Below, in pieces: positions 13,170-25,654 of a DNA stretch of 64,000 nucleotides. The notes beneath the pieces are model-generated. The model was not told the DNA's origin. It was given only the letters and a program-made list of their open reading frames with translations, and did no database searches. Positions within the stretch are counted from its first letter, which is position 1, and each line of letters opens with the position of its first letter. A program made the translations under genes and the position numbers. Origin of the DNA: Lama guanicoe (taxonomy: Eukaryota); the NCBI GenBank assembly GCA_013239625.1, contig MU053911.1:424132-488131 (forward strand), in the 5' to 3' direction.

Positions 13170-13382
13170 CAGGGTCATCGGACAATAGCCTTGCACAAAT
13201 CCAGCCACCTGCCTACTTTTGTACAGCCCACAAGCTAAGAATGGATTTAAAATTTTTAAATGGTTTTATTTTAAATGGTTATTATAAACATACCCACATA
13301 ATATCCTTCTTTTTGCCTTTTGGACCACAAAGCCTAAGGTATTTTCTATTTGGTTATTTACAGAAAAAATTTGCAGACTCCC
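13170..13382. mobile_element. MER58-like hAT-Charlie MITE
   Basis: aaatccagccacctgcctacttttgtacagccc...cacaaagcctaaggtattttctatttgg...tttacagaaaaaatttgcagactcc. Confidence 0.75.
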
Positions 13383-13655
13383 GTTCTATATCACAGAGAT
13401 TTGACCAAGCTGGGGTGATAAATATAAACCAAGTGAAAATTACAAATGTCTATGAATTAAAACAGTTAAATACTATATTTTGTATCTGTCATTTCATAGA
13501 AAACATATATACATATACACTCAAAATTAATCTGAAAATAGATTACAGACAGTTACATTGTGCGTGCAACAGAGCAGAGGATCATGTGGCATCCTGGGTC
13601 AGGTTAGGGCTCTGGTTGCTAGGCTTTTCTCTATGTATCTACTGTAGGGACAATT

Positions 13656-14010
13656 TTTTCTGAAGTATAGTCAGTTACAATGTGTCAGTTTCTGGTGTGC
13701 AGCATCATGTCCCAGTCCTGCATATATACATATATTTATTTTCATATTCTTTTTCATGAAAGGTTATTGTAAGATATTGAATATAGTTCCTTGTGCTACA
13801 CAGAAGAAATTTTTTTTTATCTATTTTTATATATAGTGGCTAACATTTGCAAATCTCAAACTCCCAAATTTATCCCTTCCCACCCCTTTTCCCCTGGTAA
13901 AGTAAGTTTGTTTACTATGACTTTGAGTCTGTTTCTGCTTTGTTGATGAGTTCATTAGTGTCCTCTTTTTTTTCTTCCTGTTTTTTTCTTTTTATTTTTT
14001 AGATTCTATA
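13656..14010 (-). mobile_element. 5'-truncated L1 3' end
   Basis: Same L1 3' UTR family as 3590-3893. Confidence 0.85.
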
Positions 14011-14720
14011 CTATTCTTGAAGGTTGGAACGGGAAGTGAAAAGATTTTGGTTAGTTCCCATGGAAATACAATGTGATGACAGCAGCCGTGGTTGAGGGCA
14101 AAAACGGGGACTCTAGTTGGCAAAGAATAAGAATTGCCTTTTATATATTCCTCCTGATTCCAAATTGTAAAGTATAAAACTTTCTCCATGTGAACAGAAT
14201 CAGATTAGCGGGACTGTAATTTGCAAAGTAAGGAAAAATACAGAGAACTATTGTGGTATCAGTGAGGACATACAGAGTAAACTTAAGCTTTCCAAGCCAG
14301 CTCTGAAAAAGTAATGACTGTTATCTTTGAAACCCTGACCAGTCACTGAAGTGTTAACTTCAGTTTCTTCAATTGCTAGGTTTAAGGAGATCCCTCCCAT
14401 TTAATGTTTTCACTGCTCCGAAGAGAAAGTCTGGCATTACCTTTACAGGTTAGAAACCACCTGTGTGTCTGCAAGTCACTGAGGTCAGTGAGCTAATTGA
14501 TACCAGAGGCGTAGCTCTAAATGTGCATTATCTATTGTGTGTAAAAAGAAAAGCCACTCTTTTTCAGGATGATGAAAACAGAACAAGAATGACAATAACA
14601 ACAATCCAAGTGAATAATTCTTTTGTTTCAAATAGGATTTGATGCCCAGAGGAAGTTAAGCAAAAAGCAAATTTTAGAGTAGTTGATGTCATGAATAACA
14701 CTTTTAAATACAGTTTTAGT

Positions 14721-15030
14721 GGGGAGGGTACAGCTCAGTGGTAGAGCCATGCTTAGCATGCACAAGGTCCTGGGTTCAGTCCTCAGTACCTCCTCTAAGA
14801 ATAAATAAATGCACAGGGAAATATATACAAGATCCTGTGGTGGCTCACAGCGAAAAAGAATGCGACAGTGAATCATACGTATGTTCATGTATAACTGAAA
14901 AGTGCTCTACACTGGAATTTGACACAACATTGTAAACTGACTATAACTCGATAAAAAAAAAAGTCAAAAAATAAATAAAAATAAAATTAAAAAAGAATAA
15001 ATAAGTAAACCTAACTACCTCCTCCCACCA
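14721..15030 (+). mobile_element. vic-1-type SINE interrupted by an L1 3' end
   Basis: GGGGAGGGTACAGCTCAGTGGTAGAG...GGGTTCAGTCCTCAGTACCTCC; the SINE tail (gtaaacctaactacctcc) resumes at ~15005. Confidence 0.85.
14811..14992 (+). mobile_element. Young L1 3' tip nested in the SINE, 12-bp TSD AAGAATAAATAA
   Basis: TSD copies at 14797-14808 and 14993-15004; L1 3' UTR motif ...ctggaatttgacacaacattgtaaactgactataactc plus poly-A. Confidence 0.85.
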
Positions 15031-15085
<55 letters not shown>

Positions 15086-15086
15086 A
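15030..15086. repeat. (TAAA)n microsatellite
   Basis: Directly visible; SINE tail expansion. Confidence 0.92.
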
Positions 15087-15759
15087 ATTTAAAAATAAAT
15101 TTAAAAAATAAATTTAAAAAATGGAAGGCTATTTAAAAAATTAAAAATAAATTTAAAAAATTTTAAGTGGAAGGTTATTTGAAATGTATATGTATATATA
15201 TAGTTTTACTTGTTTTATTTGCAGTTCTTCACTTTTACTGTAGACTTTGCCAACTTTTCAGTTTGCACAAAATTTATTTTGCAGCCTCTTCATTCTCAGG
15301 CCCTGAGGCGGAAACAAGCTAATCTCTGTAAGCAAAGGGAAGGCAAAAACGTCTTTAGCCTCCGAATCTGAGCAATATAATGAAAAGACTGATAAATAAG
15401 GGGGCTGAAAGAATGATCAAAAGGACTGTAAACAAATTAACATATAATTAAAGATACAGTAATGGTGGGGCCGCCTTAAAAGCTATTATACTAATAATAA
15501 CTTCCCAAATAGCTGCAAATTGTGATGATTCTAGAGATTAAAAAGCAAGTAGTACATTTAACTGTGCACCCCTGTAGGAAAAGTTCAGCGGAACTGTATT
15601 TTTTTAAAGACACCATTGAGAATATTCTGTGCTGCATCATAATATTTTCTTTTATCATGCCCCACAGGAGATGTTTTTCCTCATATCTCAGTCCTAGTTG
15701 GGTTTCTTGAGCAAATACTTTGCTCTCAAAGGTTTGATTCTCTGAACTGCTGAGCTGAT

Positions 15760-15975
15760 CGCAGCAGCTGCCCGTAAGACACGGGATGCCTCGCGGTGGC
15801 GGCGAGCTTCCTGCGCTGCTCGCGGGGAGCAGGGCCAGGGCTGCGCCTCCGCCATCTGCCTCGCTGCGCCCGTGCTGACGCGCGCGCAAACAGCCCTCAG
15901 CAAGCAGGCGCGTACTGCAGCAGAATGAGTAGGCGGAAGAATGAACGGAATATAGCCTAGCTCCGGCTAGTGCGT
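15760..15975. other. Short GC/CpG peak in AT-rich DNA
   Basis: Dense CpGs (e.g. gacgcgcgcgc) over ~200 bp; contains CTCF-like CGAGGCAGATGGCGG on the minus strand. Confidence 0.6.
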
Positions 15976-18354
15976 AGGAATTCATAGCCAAACTGTTCGT
16001 TTTAACTTTCACTCTAGCTTGACCTTAGCTTTTTTTCTATTCTGATTGTTTTGAAATTCTAATTTAGTCTACTTTTAAACTACTCGTCAGCCCTTTATAA
16101 CCCTGGTTTGGAAGAGAGGGGTATAAATTACCAAATAACAGATAAGCAGATAGACTGTCAGTCACGCCCTCTAAGCACCTGTGGAGACTGTGTCCATCTC
16201 CAGACTGTGTCTGCCGTTTTCTTCCTGTTTCAGACATCATGCTGCCAAATACGACTGAGACGGCTACCCAGCGAGTAGCATGCAGGTGTTTGGCAGAGTT
16301 TAAAATCATTGCAGACAGATCGTAGACTTCAACTCAAGTTGACGTAAGTGAGCAGGTAAGGGCTTCAAGACTCGCTGCCTCACTAGGGCAGACTCTGTGA
16401 AGTTCAGGCAGTTTGATACATTATAGGTAGTAAGCAAAACAGGTTTCAAAAGCTGTTAAATATTTCTTGTTCACTTAATACCTATTTGTCTGTCTACCTT
16501 TCTATCTACCTACCTACCTGTCTGGTCCTGCTTCTCTGGAGCTGGGAAATTGGAAAAGTAGAGCTTTTTATTGGCTATGTGGATAGAAATTCTCTGAAAA
16601 AATACGAGCTGTTCTCTGAGAGACATGGAACATGAGCTAAATCCTGGGTAGATGCTTCCCTGTTACTTGAAGAACAAAGACGACTTCTCATCATGGAGGG
16701 CTGCTACTTATAAATTTTAAGTTTTTTTTTTTATTTCATTCCTTAAAAAAGATGATACTGAGAGGGACAAGCCGGAACACCCTAAGGTAGATTTTTTAAA
16801 TTCCACAGAAATATTAATCTACCATTGTTTTGCTTGGGACTCTAGAAAACTTTATTTTTTGTGTTTTTGCCCTCAGATCAGTGAGATATTTAATTTTTAA
16901 AATATGGTTCATTCAGAAGCTAATAAGTAACAAAGAGTGTTTCAGTGTATTAGACAATAGCATTTATGGAATTTTTATATCTCCCCATTAATACTGGATC
17001 ACAGAATTGCCACGCGCTGAAGTATCCAACTCTAAACAGCAAATGATCAAAACACATGGATCCGTCACTCAAGGGGGTCTCAGGGAAAAGAAGAGCTGGC
17101 AGAAGTGGGGAAAGGCTGAAACACTGCGGCATCAAATGATCAGATTTTTTCTGCAAACTAATTTTCCACCCAGCTTTTTCATTCTTTTTAAATGTTGGCA
17201 TTTCTTGGCTGATGATCACTTGATAAGATCACACAGATGAAATAACGCTTTTCAGTTTTTGGGCATAATTAAATTCAACAAAAGCAATATTCAAAACGGA
17301 GAAGATTAATACACAACGGATGACAATGTGCACTGAGCTCCACCTCCCGGCGCAGAGAACCTAATAAGACCTTGAGGGATGGTGTGCCTCTGCTGACCTG
17401 CGTGCCAGTCACAGCCCACGTGCCTCCACCTTCTAATCCTTTGCAGATTGCTGAGTACTGTTCAGCTGTCTGTATCCCTCTGTACACATTTTGCACGCTT
17501 AACTTTCTGTTGTGAATATTTCTGCATACTAATGAGATAATAGCCAAATTTAATTTTTTATTAAATGCAAATGATTTTAATTATCCTTCTAGAATTATAT
17601 ACACACATAGGCAGAGAAACCTCATTGAAATTTTTTAATTTATATTGTTTACTATTATAATGAAATACAGGATGTTTCAACATGATTTAGCAGTGGACTT
17701 CATTAGTACATTATGAACAGAAACTCAGTTTACTACTGGTAACTTACCATTTGTTCAAATTAAAGAATTTATCCTATCTATAACTCAAAAGTGATTGGTT
17801 CTACTTTTTGAGGTCATTTCAATTAATAAAATGAAAAATGTTTGATAATGCCGAACTACAAGTATTACTTCTGCAGTTGAAATTAGCCCTGTTTCATTCT
17901 TAACTTTCCCCCCGTAGTCATTAGAAATTATAAAATGCAGTTGGCTTTAACTATTTTTTTTGCTTTTATTTATTTATTTGAACTTTTTTTATTGAGTTAT
18001 AGTCATTTTACAATGTGTCAAATTCCAGTGTAGAGCGCAATTTTTCTGCTTTAACTGTTTTAAATATAATTTAAAAAAATATTTTCTATGGTTTGAGGGG
18101 ATTTAAATGTCTCTAAAATTAGATTTATAAAACAAAATACATTTAAAGAAAACTCCATTACAACAATCAAAACACAGAGGAGATTGTTTTAGAAGAAAGA
18201 ATTTAAGGAAATTCACTATCAGAATAAAAACTACTGTCTGTACAGAGGGATTGAACTTTCAAGGTAGAAAACCTCCTCATGTACGTATCGATTATACTTA
18301 TATGACTGCACAAATACTAGTACGAAAAAGTCATTTATGCTCATTAATTTAGCA

Positions 18355-18530
18355 CAGTGATTCTCAATCTCTGGTGTTCATTAAAATCATCTGTAAAACT
18401 TCTCTTTTCTTTCTTCTTTAAAAAAAAAACAACACCACCACATATGCCTGGATCAACACATAGAGATTTTGATTCAAGAGTTTTGGAAAAAAGCATGTAA
18501 ATCTGGAGGATTACAGTCTCCACAGAGAAC
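18355..18530. mobile_element. MER5-like hAT element
   Basis: cagtgattctcaatctctggtgttcattaaaatcatctg...tgcctggatc...agagattttgattca. Confidence 0.55.
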
Positions 18531-18675
18531 TCAGCTTTATCTGGAATTGAGATTGAAGAAACTTGTATATTTAAAAATTAACCGATTAAGTCAATTAACT
18601 ACATACCTAACGCCTCCTCCCTAAGTCGCATATTCAAATCAAATGTTACTGATACAGAGCTCTTACCAAGTCTCC

Positions 18676-19095
18676 TGACAAAGATGCTCTCCTGACCAAG
18701 CTTTGGACAGACTCCCCCAAGCCCTCTCTTCCCCTGCCCTCACCCCCAGGCCCTGCCCTTGGCTTGCCAGGGTCGGTCCTAGCAAAGATCCTGCTAAGTG
18801 ATCACCCTTGATATCCGATCAAGTTTCTCATCCCTAACCTTGGTTGCCTAAGTTCTTGGCCTGCCTACAGTGAGAACCTTTAGTCATTTTAGCAAGAGCC
18901 TACTACCCCTAATGTCTCCTTGAAGGAATTTTCCATCTGCTGACTCCCTTGCCCCAACCTGCTCCTTGGCTGTAAATCACCCCTTGAATTACATTCAAAA
19001 CTGAGCTCAGTTCTTTTTCTCCTAATGCAATAGTTACTGAATAAAATCTGTCTTGACTGCCTTTAACTTGTCCCTGGCTTTATTTTTCCTGAATA
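18676..19095 (+). mobile_element. ERV1 solo LTR, MER31-like
   Basis: Starts TGACAAAGA; tagcaaagatcctgctaagt, cccttgatatccgatcaagtttctcatcc, AATAAA near 19040; resembles recalled MER31 consensus. Confidence 0.7.
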
Positions 19096-19379
19096 CTCTA
19101 GAGGCAAAAACTTACAAACAACAACATAAATATCCATTACAATGTTATTAATAACTTTTAGAGCAAACTATCTTTGAAACAGTTTTCCAAAATGAAAGAA
19201 AGCAAAATGAAATATCTCCTGCACCTTTTAACACTGCAACTACGCCATCACTGTGGAACTCTGAGCCACGTTTCAAGAAAACTCTCAGAACGTAAGTTCC
19301 CTTTCTCACAAATTATTGTACTGGATCCTAAAATCCTCAAATAATAGATTTTTTTCCAAACCAATACTACCAAATATGT

Positions 19380-19810
19380 AACATGAACAGACATGAGAAG
19401 AAATTGAAAATATCAGAAACTGCAGAACACCAAAGAAAAAAGAAGATTTGAAAAGTAACTAGAAAGGAGAAAATTATCAACTGACAGCTATACTGTCAGC
19501 AGCCAGCTTCTCAGCAGCTCCAGTAGAAGCCAGATGAAAGGGGGAGACATCACAGAAGAGCTGGAAAATAAATCTCAAGGCTGAATTTTTAAATCCCACC
19601 AGACATTATTTAAGCGTGAGGCAATGCAGATATTTTCAGACCGAGAATGAGGCACTGGAGATAATTTTAGGCCCAGAGAATGACTGAGATTTGACAGAGT
19701 CCCTCATTAGAAGAATTAATAAAAAAAATGTATTTTAAACAAAAAGGTCATAAAGCCCAGATGGAGGAGCTGAGATATGAAAAGAAATGTGAGCGGGAAG
19801 TTTAGAAGCA
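19380..19810 (+). mobile_element. Degenerate old L1 ORF1/HAL1-like fragment
   Basis: aaactgcagaacaccaaag...cttctcagcagctccagtagaagccaga...gatattttcagac. Confidence 0.5.
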
Positions 19811-21329
19811 CGCGAGCGGGTCTAAAGAAGCAAAGACGGCGTAGAAAATAACGTGGTTGGCTTATTTTGGTGTAAAGTACATACTTCTCTCAGAGAATTC
19901 TTTTTTAAACTATTTGCTTGAATTGTTGAATACTTTAAAATCTGCCTTGTTAACATATGCTTTAGTTGGTGAGAAATGCAATGTTTTGGTTGAATTTTGT
20001 TTTTGAACATTATAAATAATGGCTCAAAAAAGGAAGTCAAAATGAGGCAAAATTTATGTGACGTTTGCTAAGAAGACAGATTATCTTTCTAATAAAAGCC
20101 TAGTACATTTTTAGTAAAAAAAAAAAATTAAAATGATGACAACGACAAGGGTCGGAGTGTGTGTTGGGGAGGTGTACAAAATACCGCAGATTTAAAATCC
20201 TAGAAGAATAGTATATTAAGTTGTATTACAGCCAAGGTTTCAACATCCTTAATGAAGAAGATAAGATGCTGATTGGTTTCAGGTAAAAACGTGTATCAAA
20301 AGTTTATGGTAAACTTGATCTTTTTGTTAGACCATAAGTGAAGGAGACTATCAGTTCTGTCCTAACAATAGGAACCAGTGTAATAAGCTACAAAGTCATT
20401 TTATCCACTTGAGAGTGTGGAATATGCATAGATATCTAAATAAATTAAATTTCAGAAAATAACAGGGGAGGCCAGTGAGGGAAGAGTCGTACAGCTGTTT
20501 CCATCTCTGGCAGAGTAGCAGGAGGATAATCCGTCGTGAACAGGAGTTTGAAAAACCTAACAGCTGTGCGTGCATGTGTGTGGCTCATAAATATGCTGCA
20601 GAATTCCAGCCCCAGAGCAAGCTGACACCCATCTACCAAAATTTTCCCAGGGGCCTTCACTGTGTGCAAGGGCGTTGCCTATCACACGACAGGCAAGGGC
20701 CAGGCAAGGGACGTGAGAGTGGTCCCCAGGTCATGTGGGAGCTTCCTCAACGGAAAGTCAGCAGCATACAGAAGGTGGAGAGCCCAGCAGAGCTGAGAAA
20801 AGTGCCCTCCAGGCACACCGTGCCTTGACTGAATGCACTGCAGTGGTCTTCTGGAGTCTTGCGTGCTTAGGGGGCAAGACCACATGGAGGAGAGAGGTCT
20901 GTAGAGGCACAGAGGCTTATGGCAGGAGTTAAGAGCAAAGAAAATTCACAAAGGGCCCCCAAACACTGAGGTAGTTAGAAAGCATAGGACTCCCATGATT
21001 TGGAAAGGCAGTGGATGGGGTGGAAAGTATAAAGTTTTCACTGGAGATTTGCAGGTACTCAGATCACACTTTCTACTCTAGAAAAAGTCTTAGCTCTGTT
21101 TTCAGGGGGAAGAAAAAACTATGTGACTAAGGAATGAAATATAAATAAAACTATAATAAAGCCAGCCCAGCTCAGTGGCAAGTTGGAGTGCCTCAGTCCA
21201 CTGGCGCCAGCCAGTCGAGGCCACAGGAGGCTTGTCCACCACGCAGAGAGAAAAAGGAACATTTTCAAGTAAATCAAATCAAATCAAAGAGGAGAGGCTC
21301 CAACTGTTATGACAGAAATACAAAGGGTT

Positions 21330-22310
21330 ATGAGGGGCTACGATGAAGAATTAAAGGCCAGCAAGTTGGATAACCTAGAAGAAACAGACATTGCTAGAAG
21401 CACACAGCCCACCGAGACCGAGTCACGAAGAAACAGGAAACCCGAGCAGACCAGTAGTGACTTAGGAGACTGAAACAGCACCTTCCGACGGAGAAAAGCC
21501 AAGGACCAGGTGATTTCACTGACGAATACCACCAAATATTCAAGTCAGATTCTTCCAAGAGATTGGAGAGAACACTCCCAAATCCATCTCATAAGGCCAG
21601 CAGTCCGGAGAGCAAAGTCAGAAAAGGGCACTTAATGGAAAGAGCCTCCAGGCCAGCATCCCTAATGAACACAGACGCAGAAATTCTCAGCAAAATACTG
21701 CTAACCAAATTCAAAACTATGTGAAAAGATCATGCGTTGTTAACAAGTGGAATTTACTCCTGTGATGCAAGGATGGTTCAACATAGCAAGTCAGTAACAG
21801 TGAAAACCACATTAATAGAGTAAAAGGTACAAATCATGTGATCATCTCAATAGATGCAAAATAAGCATGTGAAAAAATTCAACATTCTTTGTGATGAAAC
21901 ACTCCCAACAGGTTGGGTATACAAGGAACGTGCCTCAGCATAAGGGGGCGGTTTGTAATATCCTCCTCAGTGGTGAAAGGTTGAAAGCTTTCCCCCTAAG
22001 ATCAGGAACACGACCATCCTCTTCACTCTTGTTCAATGTAAAACCGGAAGTTCTAGAACCATTAGGTAAGAAAAAGAAATAAAATATAGTCATATCAGTA
22101 AAGATGAAGTAAAATTGTCCCAGTCTGCAGATGATGTGATCTTATACAGAAAGACCTAAAGATACAACCAAAACACCTGTTAGAACTAACACATTCAGTA
22201 AAGTTTCAAGATACAAAAATCAACATACAAAAATTGGTTGCATTTCTATATGCTAACTATGAACTACCAGAAAGAGAAACTTTTTTAAAATCCCATTAAC
22301 AATAGCAAAT
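21330..22310 (+). mobile_element. Old L1 ORF2 (RT region) fragment, degenerate
   Basis: Remnants of LNRPI/KSPGPDGF, MQGWFNI, LKAFPLRSGTR and ADDM motifs, with frameshifts and stops. Confidence 0.88.
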
Positions 22311-23799
22311 GCCATTTATGATATCTGTCATATATGATAATTCCATTGAAATTTATAACATAAAATGTGTGAGGACTCTTAGATATTATAAATTCAGTTT
22401 ACCTCAGTACTTCATCTTTTTACTTCAAGAGTAATAAGAGAAAGTGGGGAAAAGAATGAGAAACAGTTCTCTTAATCTGGAGCTTAAGTTTTATCTGCCA
22501 ATGGGATAGAAACCTGCTTGCAATTTTACTAAACTCAAAGGGTATGCAGTCAACAGTTGATTAATTAAAAATCGATAGTGTGAAGAAGCTTCACGGCTTT
22601 GTCGATAGTCTTATCAGGAAAGTCTTGAATCCCAGGTCTGTCTTCTCTTTGTATTTAGGCATTCCATGCACATGGACAGTGACACTGATCTGAGGAAAAG
22701 ACCCAACTGTTATGTTTGTTTTGAGGGAAATTGTAAGGAGTATGTTTTTAGGTAAACTATTTGTAAATTCTTTGGTAAAGATGGCCAACTACTTGGAAGC
22801 TCTCATTATAAAAGTTGATTATAAGATGTCAATTTGAGTATTAGATGATCAGTGCTCTCTCTACTGAGCCCGGAGAGACAGAGCAGCACACCCTCAGCCA
22901 GTGCCTCCACAAGCAGCGACAGTCACGGCAGGACCGTCATTACCATGTTCCTTACCATGTTTTCTTTTTGAAGGATTATTATAAATGAAAGTAGGTATTT
23001 GGTGATACACACTCTGCCATTAAAAAATCCACGCAACAGGATGTCCTCTACGCTCTCTTTTTGACACTGACTTGGATGGCATCTTTGACTTGTATATTAA
23101 GAGAAAATGGAAAATTAAAAGTATCCAAGTGAGGTGAAAATGAGTTCAGAAAGTGAATATTACACAGCAAGCACCCTGTTGTTATCAGTCTGGCCAAAAT
23201 ATCACAGGGCTCAAAATTAGATTTTGCTTATTCGAAGTTAAACAGATAATCAATTTTTGAGGTAAAGAATCTATTAAAAAAAAAGAACCAAGTTTCAAAT
23301 GGTCACCAGAGGGCATAAAGAACTTTGGAATGACTGCTAACATACACTTCACATTTGTTCAGACCAGACAGCAAGAGTGGGCAGGAGGTTCCAGGCTGAA
23401 TATAGGAACAGCACCCTCTGTTACCAAAAAATACCACAGTTTGAGGTAGAACTTGTGAGGACAGACAATCGCCTTCCTCCCCCAGAGTCACCTTCCTAGA
23501 AGGAAACTTTAGTTTTGAAAGGGCAGAGTTGACCAAACCTAACGGATGATGACTTACTCTTCACATGACTTGCATTTATGGTCATGGGTGGATTTCCCAG
23601 CTGTGTCTAAGGTGGCCACACAGAATGAACACGAAAAACAATTAAAATGTGACTACATCACTGAGACATAAGCATACACAGATGATGGATTTTTTAGACC
23701 TATCAGACTAAGTTGTCCTACCTCCACTGAACTGCATAGCAAAATAGCACTGCTGTCATTCCACCCTCACCCAACTTCAAAAAGTTAATGGTTTAGCTA

Positions 23800-24097
23800 C
23801 AACAATGATTCTCAAACCTTTTGGTCTTAGGAAACTTCTACTCTTCTATTAAATGTGGAGGAGCTCAAAAGAATTTGGTTTATGTCAGTTATATGGGCCT
23901 GTCTACATTTACTATATGAGACATTAAAACCTAAGACGGTTTTAGGACAAGAATGTATGAATACACACCATTTTTCCATCAAAATAATGATGTTATTGTA
24001 TGTCGTGTAGACTATGGAAAACTCCACTGTGCACTTGTGAAAGAATGAGAGAAAAATAATGAATAAAATGTTTTAGCATTATTATTAGAATAGTTTT
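23800..24097. mobile_element. hAT-Charlie-type MER element, 5' part (continues 25655-25735)
   Basis: attctcaaaccttttggtcttagg...; resumes after the L1 as aatagttttgaactcac...gtctcaaggaggcccagagagccac...tgagaacac. Confidence 0.6.
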
Positions 24098-25654
24098 TGT
24101 TATTGTTGTTGTGTTAGTTTCTGTTGTACAGTATAGTGATTCAGTTTTATGCACATTTTTTCATATTATTTTTCATTACAGTCTGTTACAAGATATTGAC
24201 TGTATAGTTCCCTGTGCTCTACAGTAGGACCTTGTTTATCTATCTTATATGTATCTGCTAATTCCAAACACCCAATTTATCCCTTCCCTTCTTCCCCTTT
24301 GGTAACCATAAGTTTGTTTTCTTTGTCTGTGAGTGTCTTTCTGTTTTATAAGTAAATTCATTTGTATCATTTATTAAAATTTCCACATGTAAGTGATCTC
24401 ATACGGTATTTTTCTTTCTCTTTCTGGCTTACTTCACTTAGATTGACAATCTCGGGGCCCATCCATGTTGCTGCAAATAGCATTATTTTATTCTATTTTT
24501 AGGGCTGAGTAGTATTCCATTGTATAAATACACCACAACTTCTTTATCCAGTTATTTATCAATGGACATTTAGGTTGTTTCCATGTCTTGGCTATTGTAA
24601 ACAGTGCTGCTATGAACATTGGGGTGCAGGTGTCTTTTTGAATTAGCACTTCCTCTGAATGTATGTCCAAGAGTAGGCTTGTTGGATCATATGCTAAGTC
24701 TATTTTTAGCTTTTTAAGGACTCTCCATACTGTTTTCCATAATGACTGCACCAATCTACATTCCCACTAGCAGTGTAGGAGGGTTCCTTTTTCTCCACAG
24801 CCTCTCCAGCATTTATTGATTGTGGACTTTTTAATGATGGCTGTTTTGACCAGTGTGAGGTGACATCTACAATTAGTTTTGATTTGCATTTCTCTGGTAT
24901 TAGTGATACTAAGCATCTTTGCATGTGCCTATTGGCCATCTGTATGTCATTTTTGGAGACATGCCTATTTAGGTCTTCCATTCATTTTTTGGTTAGGTTA
25001 TTTGGTTTTTTGTTGTTGAGTTGTATGAGCTGTTTGTATATTCTTGAAATTAATCCTTTGTCAGCTGCATCATTTGCAAATATTTTCTCCCATTCCGTAG
25101 GTTGTCTTTTCATTTGGTTTATAGTTTCCTTTGTGGTGCAAAAGCTTATAAGTTTAATTAGGTCCCATTTTTCACAGAACTAGAACAAACAATTCTAAAA
25201 TTTATATGGAATCACAAAAGACCCAGAATTGCCAAAGCAATACTTAGATAAAAGAACAAAGCTGGAGGCAGAACCCTGCCAGACTTCAGACAATACTACA
25301 AAGCTACAGTAATCAAAACAACATGGTACTGGCACAAAAACAGACATATGGATCAATAAAGCAGAACAGAGAGCCCAGAAATAAAACCACAGACCTACGG
25401 TCAACTAATCTTTGACAAAGGATGCAATGGAGAAAAGATAGTCCCTTTGGTGAGTAATGTTGGGAAAGCTGGACAGTCACATGTAAATCTATGAGGTAGG
25501 AACACTCCCTCATGCTATACACAAAGATACACTCCAAATGACTTAAAGACTTAAACCATAAATCTCCTAGAAGAGAACATAGGCAAAACATTCTCTGACA
25601 TAAATCGTAGCAGGGTTTTCCTAGGTCAGTCTCCCAAGGCAGTAGAGACGTAAA
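24098..25654 (-). mobile_element. L1 insertion with twin-primed 5' inversion
   Basis: 24098-25170 is the L1 3' part on minus; 25166-25654 is the adjacent upstream ORF2 part on plus; CATTT microhomology at 25166-25170; TSD AATAGTTTT at 24089-24097 and 25655-25663. Confidence 0.9.

Noticed and set aside
14721..14795. tRNA-like sequences (also ~8890, ~27590, ~43270)
   Set aside because: They are SINE heads with degenerate stems and A-rich tails, not functional tRNA genes.
15491..16012. 173-aa minus-strand ORF (and the 174-aa ORF at 29053-29577)
   Set aside because: They arise from GC peaks with non-ATG starts and no recognisable domain.
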